From Lama glama (Eukaryota), in assembly GCA_028534125.1 (NCBI GenBank), contig CM052818.1, positions 48,424,001-48,488,000 on the forward strand: a stretch of DNA of 64,000 bases, read 5' to 3'. Positions 23,962 through 37,500 of the stretch are shown in pieces (position 1 is the first letter of the stretch; the number at the start of each line of letters is the position of its first letter). The position numbers and the translations under genes were made by a program. The notes beneath the pieces are model-generated. The model saw only the letters and a list, made by a program, of their open reading frames with translations. It did not search any database and had not been told where the DNA came from.

Positions 23962-24400
23962 CGGTTCACTCACTTATTCATTCAACAGTCGCTTTCTGCT
24001 TGCTAGATGCCACGTACTTGCAGGCACTGGGGGTTTAGCAGCAGGTGAAACAAAGGAGCGTGCCTGCCCTCAGGAGCGCACAGCCTAAAAGGGGACACGG
24101 GCTATAGCCAAGTAAAGGGCGGAGAATACTGTGAGTCAGGCACGGGCTGTGGTCAAACGTCAAGGGCGGCCCGGGGTGGAGCGTGTGCGGAGGGAGACAC
24201 GAGTTACTGTTTTGAACACGGTGCCCAGGAGGCCAGTGTATACAGTGACACTGAGCAGAGGCTGAAAGGACAATGGAGGCAAGGAAGGGATGACGCAAGC
24301 ATCCGGGGGACGAGCATTTCCCACAGAGGACATCACAGGTACAGGGCCTGAGCTGGGGCACCTGGTGCACACGGACGACCAGAGGTCAGCAGGAAACTGA
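23962..24400 (-). mobile_element. L2 3' fragment
   Basis: Starts with the antisense L2 tail ttcactcacttattcattcaaca, then tgccacgtacttgcaggcactggggg...cctgccctcaggagcgcacagcctaa. Confidence 0.7.
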
Positions 24401-24679
24401 GTTCTCTTAGAGAGGATGTGACCTGCCAGCTAGTTTATACTAGGGAGTAAACGTCTAACATCAGGGGATCTTTGATGTCATTGTTTTTAATGGCAGCAGG
24501 GCTGGGCGAGGAGAGGTCACCCACCAGAGCCAGAGGGGGTAGAGAGTAAATGAGGGGAACTGGTGCATGAATGGAAAAGTGTGTTTCTTTGAGCACAAGC
24601 ATCTTGACTTCATCCAGTAATCTCAGCAACGCACAGAAACAAAGGGCACAAGGCCTCCCTGCAGGGTCTCTTCCCTCCG

Positions 24680-25200
24680 TGAAGAGGCGGCTGGCCAGCC
24701 AACAACCACGCCACGAAGTGGCCAGGGTCGGACCCGGAGCCGGGCCACACAGGGGCCGGAGGGTGCGGGGAGGCCGGGGGACCCACCCCAAGAGCTCACA
24801 CCCAGCTAAGGCGGGCACACGGTCTTCCCTGCGCGCCCGACCAGAGGAGGGCCACTGGGGCTTCTCTCAAGGCTGGCAGCCCTGTGGGCACGGGGGGGAG
24901 GCCCCTGGCCACGCGCACAGCTCTCCCGGGACGGCCTGCGGCTCCCCCGCCGCCTCCCCTCGCCTGGCTGAGAGATGCTGACCGGCCGCCGGTGCGAGGA
25001 GGAGCCTTCAGTCAGGGCTGGTAGCCGCTCCCCTCGCCCCACCCTGGGGAGCAGGCTTTTCTTGCAAAAAAGGAAGGCACAGCCTCACGCTAATCCAGCC
25101 ATGGGCGGTGCTCCCCGAGGCTCTACCCGGGAACCGCTGGGACTGGCCCGGCCCCGCAGCCAGCGCAGGGAGGGCAGGGCCGGTCCGCTGGGTGGGCAGG
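24680..25200. other. CpG-rich segment between the two main islands
   Basis: High CpG density with no clear repeat identity. Confidence 0.4.
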
Positions 25201-26719
25201 TTCAGCGCCCTGCCCTGCCAGGGGGACGGACACAGCTTTCTCACGAAAGTGTCCTCTGGCAGGTGGAAGCAGGCTTTCGGAGAACTGGACCATTCAGGGC
25301 ACAGTCCCTCAGTACCCACTGTGCTGGGACAGCCAAATTCCCCAACAAGGACAAAAATGGGTCCTGGACTCCAGATGGAGGTCACTGCCAGGGCAAAGCT
25401 GCTGCCAAACTCCTGCCCGTCGGCTGGGGGGAGGGAAGCAGGGCGGGGACTGAGGGCCAGGTTGGCCTGTGGGACTCATCACGTGTGGCCCCCGCCACGG
25501 GCACGAGCGACAAGTGCAGAAGGAGCTTCACCCCAACTTCTGAGCTGACGTTCCCCGAGGCTGGGGTTGGGGAGCGGTCAGGGTCTGTCTGTAGCTCTGG
25601 GCCTGCCTGCGCCCCTGCCGACCTGCTTCGTGACCAAAGGGACCCATGAGGTCTCGTGTGCCCACCGCGGAGGATGCGTCCAGGCGGGGGTGGCCCGCAG
25701 CGCTTCCTGCGGGAGCCGGGCCACTCTGACCGAGGTGCCCCTCACGGGGGGTGTTGGGGCGAAAGGATAGGTATCTCCACACAAAACCACACAGCAAATG
25801 CCCAAGGGATACCCAGATTCTGGGAGCCCGAGCGGGCGTCTCTTCTGTCCTCTGTTGGATGCCCAGCCTGTCAGTCCTGGTGACTCTCCGAGCCCCACTC
25901 TGTCGGAAAGCCTGTACCACGATTTCAGTCAGAAAGTTCACTGGGTGCTGGTTGGCGGCCGGAACGTGTGCTTGGTGTGGGTCACTGACGCGATCAGCTC
26001 AGTGAACCAGGCCTGTGGTGGCCTTTGGTTTCCAGTTTTACACCCACTCATTTAACTATCAGCCACCGTCTTCATTAGGGATTACTAACAAGGCAAACGG
26101 GAAGTGAAACTTTGGGGAAAAAAGTTAGTGTTTATCTCTGTGCATCTTACTCCTGTTTCATTTTTCATCTGTGGTTTTTTGGGAACATTTTAAAACTCTG
26201 TACTTCTGTTAAGTACCCAGGCATCGCTTAGACTTTTAGAGACAATTTTCAAAAGTACAGATGCTAGGGGATCCAGCAGATGGGAAAAGCCACCTGCCCT
26301 CTCCCCATCGCACCTCCACCACTGCCCAAGATGACTCCATCCCGCCCGCGGTTTTTTAGGTCCGGGTGGCCTCACCCCCCACCCACAACGGCCGAGGAAC
26401 CACCTGTTGAAGCAGCCTCGCTCCTTAGGTCAGGACCAAGAGCTGCTCCTCCTTTGCAGCCTCTCCCGATGGGTTCCATTGTGCAGAATGGGGCGTTCCT
26501 TCTCTGTGCTCCCGAAATACTGCTCCGATGTCTGTCCTCTACTCCCGGGTGCACATCCCAGGTCCCCCTTTGATGATAAGTGCTTGTAGAGGGTCGCCAT
26601 GCCTTGTTCCATGCCAAGTGCCCCAGCTTCTAGCAGAGTTCTGTGAGTGGTAAACGGGTGGAGGGGCCTTGCCTTCGAGAAGCTTTTGGTCTTCTGAGAG
26701 CCTAAGTCCAGGAGGTGAG

Positions 26720-28030
26720 CTCAGTTTGGGGGCGCGGGGCGGTTCTGACGACCGCCACCAGGGGGAGCGCCAGCCCCGGTCCCTGCCCCGTTACCTAATT
26801 TCAGATGAGACTGGGGGCCTTGGCTGGACCAGGGTTTGAGCTGAAAGGCAGAGCAAGGATGTGACCTTTAGACCGGAATGAAAGCGGTCCTTCTCCAGGG
26901 TCGGGAACAACCACAAGGAACTCTCTGGAGCTCACAGGACTCTCTGCCCCACACACGTGCACCTGGTCAGTCTCTTCCCCACGACCTCTGCTTCCAAGAA
27001 AAGCAGCGCAGAGGAGAGGAGCTGTTCTGCCGGGACTGATGGGGAGCACGGGCGCGGGGGCGCGGGGGTCGCGAGGGGCGCGGGGGCGCGGGGGCGCGGG
27101 GGCCTGCCAGACCCGCTCTGTCCGCGGGGCTGCGGCGGGCGGGCTCGGGCGGGGCTGGAAGCTGGCCTTCCAGCCCCGAGAACAGAGCCCCTCCGGTGGG
27201 ACAGAGCCTGGGCTGAAACGAGGGCCCCCGATGGCTCTGTCCCTTGAGAAAGTCTCTCGTCTCTCTCAACGTCAGGTCCGTCAACTGTGAGTGGGGAAAG
27301 TGAAAGGCCATGCTACCTTCCCGGGCTCTTGGGACACTTAGAAATCCGTGTAAAAAGGGCACTGGGACACGCAGTCAGAACCAGCACCGCCGCCGCTGCT
27401 TCCGCTACCACCGCGCCCAGCGCTGGTCCTGCTGCCGCCGGACGCCGGCTTCCCGACATCCGGACCCCCCCCCGGGCAGCTCCCCTCGTCCCCCGACACA
27501 GAGCGGGGAGAGAACGAAGGCCAAGTCTCCCCGCTTCCCCTAAACCCTCCCCCTCCTCTCGGAGAAAGCCCCTCCCCTCCCCCCGCCCCGCCCCTCCCCC
27601 ACCCTCAGGATGCCCAGGGCAGGATGGGGACGCCGGTGACGGCGGCGAGGACAGCCGAGCGGACCTGACGACGAACGCGCTCACACCACGCGGGGACTTG
27701 GGTCGGCAGCGAACCTCGCAGCTGCCGGCCTTCCCGCTGTCTCCCCAGCTCTGCGTTTATCTGCTGATGGTATCACGGCCGTCAGGCCCACACGTGGACA
27801 GATACTGTCGGGTCTGTCTCACCGGAAATGGACTCAGATGATTGAGGAGATGAGGCCGGCTCAGCGTCCAGTCTTGGTCATATTCCTGGGAAGGGGCGGG
27901 GAGCCCAGGTCTCCGCCCCGGCCTTTCCCGCCCGCAGGCCGCGCTCTCCCTGTTGGAGGAGCGGTGGGAATTCAGGCCAACGGAAGACGCTTAGAGAAGC
28001 CCGCCTCTTCCCTGTGTGTCCACGAGGCCT
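26720..28030. promoter_or_regulatory. Large CpG island, probable promoter
   Basis: About 1.3 kb, GC- and CpG-rich. Contains a (GGGGGCGC)n array at about 27049-27102, a C-rich GC-box cluster at 27544-27603, and further GC boxes near 27893-27920. Confidence 0.8.
26752..26770 (+). promoter_or_regulatory. CTCF-binding motif
   Basis: ccgCCACCAGGGGGAGCgc is one mismatch from the CTCF core CCACCAGGGGGCGC and lies at the left edge of the CpG island. Confidence 0.6.
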
Positions 28031-30942
28031 GAGGGATGACCTTCAGGCCAGGGGTGCCCACGCCCACCCATAAAAGAAATACCAGGGGACCCAGTGCCAC
28101 CCCATCCAAGGCCTCCGCGTGTCCCCGGACACACATGCCTTTCCCGAGAGCGGCCAGCATGGCAGTCCCAGCCGTGTGTTTGAAGACATCCTCATGACAG
28201 GTTGGTCTTCCCTTCTCTCCCAGACCAGCAGCGATGCCCTGGGATTATTTCAGAAATAAACTGCCCGTTTGTTCATTGTAGACCTGGGGGCTCCTGGGGC
28301 AAGAACACTCCACCGTTCCCAGGTAGACCTCACACCACAGGCCGGGCAAGCCGTCTGAGGCAGCGTCACACCTGAGGCAGCGGGACCGTGTGAACGAGCC
28401 GTGCACGCCGAGCGCCCCGGGGCCAGGAGTGGTCACTATTGACGAAAGCAGAAGCTCTGAGTCGGCAGCGCTCCCTCGGAGCCTGGCTCCGGCTGCCACG
28501 TGCAGTCTGTGGTCCTGGGCGCTTGCTCCCCGCCACGTGTCCCATGTTTCCCCGTCTGCACGTGGAGAGCCCTGAGTGTCCCTGTCCCAGACGAGCCTGC
28601 AGGTGCCAGTGAACGAGCCCAGCGCAGCACACATCCTCGGTGTCCAGAATGTGGCCCTTACGATGACTTCACATTATCCTCAGACCGATGCCAGCCAGGA
28701 AGAGTCACACAGACTTTGCAGGAAGGAGGCCCGGAGAAACGAGGGCTCAGGCATCGCTGAAGAAGCACAGTCGTTCCGTGATAGGCGCCCAGTCTTTCAT
28801 GGCTCCCACTTGTCTCTTGTAAAAAAGCACGTTTCATATCTAAGAAAACAGCACATTTAAAAAGGATGTTCTGCAGGAGACCTGTGACAGGGGAAGCCTC
28901 ACTTTTTAGCCACAATTTGTTTTCCAATATTATCATTTCATGATCATCTAATTAAGCAGACCGGTTCATTACAAGCCACACTAAGGTGCTAATTTGATCC
29001 CCACCAGTGACTTTTTTCCCCAAGCTTGTTTACCTGGGAAGCCATGTGTAACTAAAGGAAATCCCCGCAGGTGAGCAGGAGGGGATGGGGCGTGTCTTCT
29101 GCCTAATATTTCTCCAAACCGGAGTCCAGAATCTCCAGGCCCCAGAGGTTTAATTACCATGTGCAGCCTGCTGTTTCGGGGTGGGGGTGGGCATTGGGGA
29201 CCCTCCTGCCCTCTCTGAGGCAGGGGCCAGCGGTGGGGTCCACTGACGGCACAGGGACAAAGAGGGACCAGTGCATCTGGCCAGGGGTCTGCATTCAATT
29301 TGGAACTTGAAATGGAACGTTCACCTTTTCCAGCAAATTCTGTGTGTTTGAAGGATCTAACGTTCCCTCCAGCCCTCCTGGCCAAGGAGGAAGAGGACTC
29401 ACAGGGCTTGCTTTGTCACAGAGTGTGAGCGAGGAGCCCTTTGGAACCTAGCAATTGGTTTTTGTTTGATGACCAGCTCCTGCCACAAAAGGGGACCCAC
29501 CCCGTCCCCAGCATTCAATTAACCCTATGTGAGACAGGCAGGGGATTAAGAAGGTTGGCTCAGGCCCCATTCAGAAGGTTCCGAGGGGGGCTTTGTCAGA
29601 GGATTCTTCCAAACAAAGGTTGCCAAACTAAGTAGCTTTTTTTTTTGTCGCTTAGCTCTGCCCTATTGTTACCACGAAAGCGACCTTTTCCACTTAATTG
29701 GGGCTTTAGAATTCCGCCTCCATTGTGTGTGTCTGTAAGTAGCACGCTGCCGAGGGGCTGTGTGAGTTTATGAATATAAGCATTTCTGCATCGGGTGATT
29801 CCAAGGCCGTTTGTGTATTTGGGTCCCCTGACGTGGGTTACTGTAGAAAAAATCATCATCCTGAGATGCTCAGGGCAACCATCGCTTGTTTCCGTATATC
29901 AAGTCCCTGTTACGCGTTAGGCACTGTAATCCACGCTTTGGATGTTTTGTTTCTAGTGTCACAATTAACTGCGTTACAGGCCAGAACGGGACGGTTCCCG
30001 CGGAAGGGAAGCCGAGGCTGGTGGCGAGCACTCAGCCTCCCCACTCCGCTGGGCCCCGAGACATCATTTATCACACTTTCCATCTCTGCTTATTTATCAG
30101 GCCTCCTGCTTTGGATCCCCAGTGAGATGGGCAACCTGGGACAGACCAGGGGTTACGACGGGCGTCTGGGTGCACACACGGAGAAAACACAGACGGCCGC
30201 GGGGTCAGATGGGAAGTGCTGACGGGCGCACCGGCGCTGGTGCCGTGCAGCGGGGCGCGGTGAGGTCTGAGGAAAATTGGAGATGAAGCTCCCCTCAGAG
30301 ACACTTCCACTCAAATTCACTTTATTCATCTACTTTCTAATCACTAAGCCAACCCAAGGAAAGAGGTCTGGGTCTGGGCCTGGGGACGGGGCCTCCAGGG
30401 GAGACCTCTGCGCTCTGTGGATGGCACCCCGCAGGTGTGGCAAAGTGGGGACCCTCAGACCTCCTCCCACAGCTGGCATGGTGCGGCGCCCGGGGCTCTC
30501 AGGGTCGGAAGACTCCAAGTTCAGCTCCCACATCTGGCTCCCCGTGCAGCTCGGGACTGGGGGTCTCCAGTGGTTGGCTTCAGGCAGGGCGGGCGCTCCT
30601 GCAGCCCTGGACCTGGGCCGCCTCACCCCTTTGGGCCGGTGGCCTCACCTGTGGCTACCTGACTACGTCACCTCTGTGCCAAAGGGACCAAGGTTCCTGG
30701 GGACCAATCTCCTATGTTCAGGTCCAGGGTGACAGGAGCCTTAGTCTCCCGTCACACAAATGGTGCGCACGTGTAATTCCCAAACCGAGGGCACAAAGTC
30801 CTTAACTCAGCCAGTCAGGCACTGTGCCACTCAGGGACACCCAAACATCAGTTTTGTAAATGTTATGCCAAAAACAACAACAATAAACCATCTAGATACA
30901 GGGCACCAAAGAAGATCTGCTCACACTCCCCTGTTTGCACAG

Positions 30943-30980
30943 ATGAGCAGACATCTTGTACCTAAAACATCACACAAAAG
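30943..30980 (+). other. Candidate small exon (38 nt)
   Basis: ctcac branch-like motif, acceptor ctcccctgtttgcacag, strong donor AAG|gtgagt. Confidence 0.2.
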
Positions 30981-32599
30981 GTGAGTAACTGATAAGCCTA
31001 TTGAGAAACTGAAATAAGAAAACAAAAAAAGTGGTCTGTTTTCGCAGAACGAGTTCAACTATCCAGAAAGGTTCCATCAGGAAAGCCTGGGTGTCCGCTC
31101 TGTCAAGGGAATCAGGGCTTTGTCCAGGATGGGAGGGGGTGTCTGTGAACCCCCTGCCCCTTGCTGGGTTCCCTTTAGCGGCCTGGACAGGGTCATTGAG
31201 CCTGCGAGGCCCACGTGGGTCAGTCAAGTATCCGAACAGTGAGATTGGATCTGGGCGTCCTACACCACCGTCGGGAGTGGGATGTTCGTGCTGCAGCTGA
31301 AATACTTCAAACGGCTGGGAGTTAGACTGCGAGCAATCTCACCCACCAGTGAAACAGCCAAGGCCACAGATAAACAGACAAAACCTCTTTGCATCAACTG
31401 AAGCAGAAGCTGCCAGGGCCCTGTTACGGACACCGCGTCCCGGGTCTCCCTAGACGGCTCCAGGCCCGCACTGCGATCCAGCGTGCCCCTTGTGCACACG
31501 TCGTAACCAGCTTCATCGTGCACATCCCTAGTTCTCTCCAGGTCAGAAGAAAGACGACACACTGAGAAACCTTGCTCTTATTATAAGGAAATGCACCAAG
31601 GGAGGAAGAAGCAAGAACTGACAGTTGACTGGGGAAAAAAACAAATGATGAAATGTTGAGAACTACCTGAAACGAACATGAAAATTCAAGAGACATGGTG
31701 GCTTAAGGCTACTTAAAGGAGCAGAAAACCTCCCTGCAGAGCCCTGAAGAGACCACTGCACTCCATCACAGTGTGTGGTGTTTGCTCTTCTTAAGGAGAA
31801 AGAAAATGATAGAATTAATTTTAAATAATTTCTATATAAAATGGTCAAAATTGAAAAATAAATAAACACTCAGCTCTCTGGGGAACTCAATTCCCATCCT
31901 GACCTGTTATTTCCCAACAGTCTTGGATGCCTGACACTTCTCTCGTTTGGCCATTAAATCTCCTTTTATTATAAAACTATAAAAACTGTGTAAGAGCAGG
32001 CATGGATGGAGGCCGGCTTTCCACCTCTCACAGCCTTGGACCAGACCTCAGAGATGCAGCCTCTGAGGTCCCTTCCCAGTGTCCATCCTGTCCCGGTGAT
32101 AAGAATGAACTCAACTGGCATCCACTGTCAGCTTTGGCCCCTCTATTTGGGGAGGCTGCTGAAGAGGAGAGATGGCAGGCCTCCTGTCTAAGACCGTTTA
32201 GAGCAGGAGGGCAGGGGATCCGAAATGACAACACAGGTGTCATTCTGCAGAGGAGGGCCGGTGGCCCCAGCTCTGCTGGCAGGGCACCCCCACTGCACGT
32301 GGGCACCACTGTGAGCTGCTCTCCATGGGGATGCCCTGCACCAGGGAGCCCGGGGCCCCCTCAGGTGTGAAGGGACAGAACTCCTCTGTACAAGACAACA
32401 GAGAGCGTGCACGAGGAAGCACAGTGTGAAGACGGGCTGTCTGAGGGAGCGCTGGAGTATCTGCATCGGAACTTCTTGCTCTTTCTCACCTTCCCTTCTG
32501 AACAAAGTAGAAAACTGGGGGAAACAGACAAGGTGTCAAGTTTCCGTGTGTTAAAACCTCAGTGATGACCCTCCGTTCCCACTCTCCCTGAACACACCA

Positions 32600-33338
32600 A
32601 CATCCCCAGCCCGTCCCCATCCAGCCCGTCAGGAGTCCCCTGGACTCCAAAAGGCATCACCCCCGCCACCTCTCCCCCAAGTCCAGGGCCTGTCATTTCC
32701 TGCCAGGTCCTCCTCAATAACCTTCTAAGCCATACCCCCACTGCCATCCCTGCCCCCCAAATTCATCCTTCCCCACAAGCCAGTGGGATTTCTCAAAACA
32801 CCAATCAGTGTCACAATCCAGTTGTCACAATCCAGTTATAAAGCTTCCCAGCATCACCCGGTACACTCTTCACAAACACAGATTCTAGACTGACCTTGCC
32901 TCTCCCTGACCTCTGCCTGGACCACAGCCCCCTCCTTCCCTCGCCTCGGCCATGCTGGCTGGCCTCTCTTGCTCCTCACACGAGCCCTGAACAGTCTACC
33001 CCAGGACCTTTGCACTCACTCTCCCCTTGGCATGGGTCCCTCCTGCTCCTGATGCTTCACCTTGTTCCCAGCTCAAACAGGTGCTTACATCCCAAGTTGC
33101 CTATCTTGACAACTTAAGTCCAAAATCAGTGTGCCCCAGGCCTCAGCAGAGATTTCTGTTTTAATTCCCTGCTTCGTATTCCTCGCTATCTGATAGTGCT
33201 CCCTTCCCTTTGTTTCTTTGTCTAACCTTCTGTCCAGCCTCCCCTGCAGAGCATCTGATCTCCCCGAGGGCACAGCCGCTCTCCTCTCACAGCTTGTCCT
33301 CAGCAGATGCACAATAAATGTCTGCTAAATGAATGAAC
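32600..33338 (+). mobile_element. L2 3' portion
   Basis: ccccaggacctttgcactcactctccccttgg... ending in the L2 terminus cacaataaatgtctgctaaatgaatgaa. Confidence 0.75.
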
Positions 33339-33351
33339 ACAGCGAGGCAGA

Positions 33352-33545
33352 ACACAAACACTCTACTATATATAGAAGATACAACAACAAGGACCTACTG
33401 CATAGCACCGGGAGCCATAGTCAGTGTCTTATAACATGATTCTAAAAATATATGTATGTGTATGAATAACTGAGCTATTCTGCTGTACACCTGAAACTAG
33501 CATTGTAACTCAACCATGCTTTAATAAAAAATAAAATAAAAAAGG
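33352..33545 (+). mobile_element. Cetartiodactyl-type L1 extreme 3' end
   Basis: caacaaggacctactgcatagcaccggga...tgctgtacacctgaaactagcattgtaactcaac plus an A-rich tail. Confidence 0.85.
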
Positions 33546-33869
33546 CATAAAAGGCATCTTAGAAAAAAAACGGGGAGGCAGAAGCACCACCTGGAACTTT
33601 CACCCCCACACACCACCCTATAAAGAAAAATGTGTGTTTTCAAAATATTCTCCACCCTCACAGAGTTAAGAAGACTTCATTCTGCTGCCCCTTTAGAAAT
33701 GACCTTCTACCTGCCATGCAGGTCAGGGCCCCGTAGGACTCTCTCTTTAGCACTTCAGGCAGTGCCTACAATAGACGGAAATCCTGCTCAGCTAAGGTGT
33801 GCCTCTCTTTATACAGTATCCATCAGTTCTTGCCATCAAAAAAGAGGAAAATGGAACACTTCAGCATCT

Positions 33870-34325
33870 CTGGTAGATAATTGAGGATACAGACATTAGG
33901 TAAGAGAGGGAAGAGAAACAGAACTGAAGCATCTGGAATCTCATCTTTGTCCTGCTGCCAATCTTGGAAAATTACTTCCCTTCTCTGGCCCTTAGCTTCC
34001 TCACCTCCAGAAAGAAGGGCCTGATTCTTGGACAAGGCGGAAAGAATTGAGATGAGCCTGTGTGCTCATTGCTGGGAAGGCCATGCTGTCGTCAAAGTAT
34101 ATTTTAAAGAAAATACAAATGATAAAAGAAAATGATTACTGTACAAGTCAAGACTCCAAAATATAAATGTTTCAAATTAGGTAGAAAACTTTTCAATTGT
34201 TTGGGGAAAATACTGAATAATGAGAGGTGTTATCTATACGCTAGAGGACCATGCATGGTTCTTATTTTCATCATTCCTCTTTCTTTGTTCTCTAAGCTGT
34301 AATCAATACGTGTATAATATTTCCA
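33870..34325 (+). mobile_element. Possible old L1 (L1MC4/5-like) 3'UTR fragment
   Basis: AT-rich block with ttcttggacaa...ttgagatgagcctg...gctgggaaggccatgctg...aaaagaaaatgat, resembling the remembered L1MC 3'UTR. Confidence 0.4.
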
Positions 34326-36999
34326 CATCTCCTTTCCCCCCCAAAACTAATAAACCTAAAATGATGGAAGCTAACCAGGTAATCGCTAAGCTCCCTGCTT
34401 GTCCGGGCGGCCTGTGCCTGCCAGCTCGGAGCCCGTGTGGCTGTGGATGGCTCTGCGACTGCTTCTTGGGGTTGGGGGTGGGGAGGCCCTTGAAAACACT
34501 GCATTCCCTTGACCCCAGGGCTGCATTTAGGAATGGGAGTGGGACCCAAATGAGACCAAACAAAGGATGCTAGGATTTTGCCTGAACGCTGGGGAAAGAG
34601 GTCTTCTGTTACCACTGAGCTTACTAATTAGAACTGTCATCCCCGCTCACCCCACTGGGAGTGCTGGCTTGTGAATGAAATCAACTAAAAAAAAGAAAAG
34701 AAAAGAAAAAAAAGCAGACCTGAGAGACAGAAAAAAAAATAAACAAACAGACATAAATACCCAGAGGTGTCTGTGGACCTCACTGAGCCCCTGGATCCCG
34801 CTGGGAACGGAAGCAAAGTCATACCATGACTCTCCCGGTTCCCTCACCCAATAAATGTCCTTTCTCATCTAAACCAGTCTGAGACGTGCATGCGGACTGA
34901 CTGCTAGGCCCTGCTTGTCACCCACGCGCTCTAACTTGCCCTCCCCACGCAGCCCTGTGCGGAGTGTGGCACAGTGCACCAGGGTGGCACCAGGGGCCAG
35001 GGCGCCCACTCGTGTTTCTTCTCCTGGGCACCCAGGTCCCGCAGGGGTAGCCTCCTCATGTTCCACACCAGCCGGCCTTGGATTTTGATCCTGGGACAAA
35101 GCTGGAGCCTTACAGGCTCCTCTGTGCAGATTTTCCACGGGGCGATCGCTGTGCCCCTTCACGTGAGAGTGAAGCGGTGCAGGAACGCACCCCGGAAGAC
35201 AGGCAGCTGCTCCCCCCGGGGCTGGGCCACCGCTGCCGGCCCAGCTGTTGTGTCTTGGCTTCAGCCTTTAGCTCAGTGCTTTGGTCCCCCCTCCCGTCTA
35301 GTGCAGAGCCGGGCTGGCGGTCCTGGAGCCTGGAGGGAGGCTCTCGGTGCCTTCGACCTGACGAACCTCCCCTCCTGTGCTGAGCTCTGGGCACCTGTCA
35401 CACTCAGCCTCCTGAGCGTGGGACCTGCACCCCAAGTCCTGGTGTCTGGATGCTGCGTTTCCACTCCTGGAGGACCACAGAACTCTTGGGGGCCCCCACA
35501 GCCTTCCCCAGAGGTGCACACGCTCTCTTTCTACCTGCACTTGGGTGAGGTTCTCCCTGCTGAGGGCCAGACTCTGGGTGTGGTGGGATCTGAGGCCACA
35601 GCCCCTGGTCTCCAGGGCATGGATGGGTGGGGGACGCAAGTAATTACCATGCAATTCTGTAGTAGAAACAAGACAGGGCACTTCAGGGCAAGAAGGGAAT
35701 TGCCAAGATCAGCCCCAGAAAGCTTTTTGCAGGAAACTGCAGCTAAGCTCGGTCTTAATGCATATAGGCAGCTAGAGGGGGTGCTCTAGGCTGAGGGTCC
35801 AGCCCTGATGAGAACACCAGAGAGCCAGCAGGAAGCACGAGCACTGAGCAGGTGCTGCAGGAGGCGGACAACAGAGTCTGGAGCCGAGACCCGAAGGCAC
35901 AGGGGAGCAGGGGCGCACAGGACGGAGGCTGGGGCCAGCCTGCTGGGTGGTCGGAGGGAGCCCGAACACAGCTCCGTAGGCAGCGAGGAGACATCACAGT
36001 GACTCAGTCAGGAAAGCAGCCGTCCTGTGTGCCTTTTCAAGAGTTCAGTTAGAGGCGCCATTTGGATGAATTTGCTGGCGATTGAAACCAGAACATTTGC
36101 CGGGTTCTGAGCCCTGTTTGCCACGGGGCTTCCTAAGGGAAGACCCCACCCAGGGGATCGGACATCTTGGAGGCTGACCCCAGTGTGGGTCGGGCTCAAG
36201 GTCACCATACCTCTGGGCCACTGGGACTGGGTTTCCTCCAGACAGTTCCCCAAATGCCCTCATCCCAGAGCTCCAGGCTTCCCACCATTTACTCTCCATC
36301 CCTCCGACCTCTCACTGGGGTCTCACGTCACCAGCGCCCGGGCCACCTGGGCCACGGCACCCACTCCGTGCCTGCATCAACCTCACGGCTGCTCAGAGCT
36401 CAGCTCACGCACTCATCACAGCACACCATTGTCCTCTTGTCACTTTGCAAATGCCCGAAAGGCTAACCGACGTCCGAGAGATGACCACGGCCTTTCCGTG
36501 TTTACACCCATATTCTGTGTTATGTCCTCTGCTCACTGCGAGTGGATGGGTAATTTCAAGGCGTGCTGGTCACCAGATCCTGTGTCAGCGGCTCAGCGCA
36601 CGACAGTAAACAGGACTTGATTCTGACCCAACCAGCTCAAACCTGTCGCAGCAAATATTTAATCATCTTTTTCCATGAAGAACTGACATGCCAAGAGGTT
36701 TTACGATTTTTTTTTCCTAAGACCTCACAGCTTCCCGGTTAGAACTCAGCACCCCAGACCGCCTGGCATATTCCGTCGCCACCACCCCGGTATTCGTCGG
36801 GGGGCAGTGTGAGCAGTCACCTCTGGGGACATGCTAATCTGGCTCTGGTCTGCTGCTGGCACATCTGGGAGCCTGAGCTGGAATTCCCCCACAGCCAGAG
36901 TCTAGAGGAAACCGGCTCCCCGGTTTTAGAGGGGCTTTCTGACCCAAGCGCACCAGCAGCCTAGTTCAGCCTTTTTAAAAAGGAATTAGAGAAGAGGCG

Positions 37000-37500
37000 A
37001 AAGGCGTTCGCAATCAATCTGCCTGATAGCAGTGTCTAGTCCCAGCAGACCGACTCGCGCGCCTACGCGGCGGAGGCAGGACCACGCAGAGCAGCTAATC
37101 CTGCAGCCTCGCCTCACCTGAGCAGGGCGCAGCCCGGGCTCCCTTTGTCGCAGCATCAGGGCTTCCGGCTGGGAGAGTTCCACGTTCCATCGTGGCTGGT
37201 CTGGGAATCACCAACGCAGCTCCCAGTCTCCTTTCGCAAGGCAGTCGTCAAAGCATCCTCCAGGCTGCAGAACGAAACCTGCATTTGGAAGCCCTCTCCA
37301 GGGCTGCCTGGGGTGCCTGGCACCGCCTGGCACGACCAGCCACGTCCGAGCTCCAGCCAGACTGCTGACCTGGCACTGGCGCTGTGTGATATAACTCGCT
37401 CGCGCAGGGAGGCATTAACTGTCTCGTCCCCAAGCTCACAGCCCTCACGTCTCTGAAGGATGCACACGTCTGCGATACCACCGTTCTGACGCCCCGAGCT
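37000..37500. promoter_or_regulatory. Small CpG-rich segment
   Basis: gactcgcgcgcctacgcggcggagg and neighbouring CpG clusters in apparently non-repeat sequence. Confidence 0.4.

Noticed and set aside
34974..35789. 271-aa ORF on +
   Set aside because: Non-ATG (GTG) start, no recognisable motif, no supporting splice structure.
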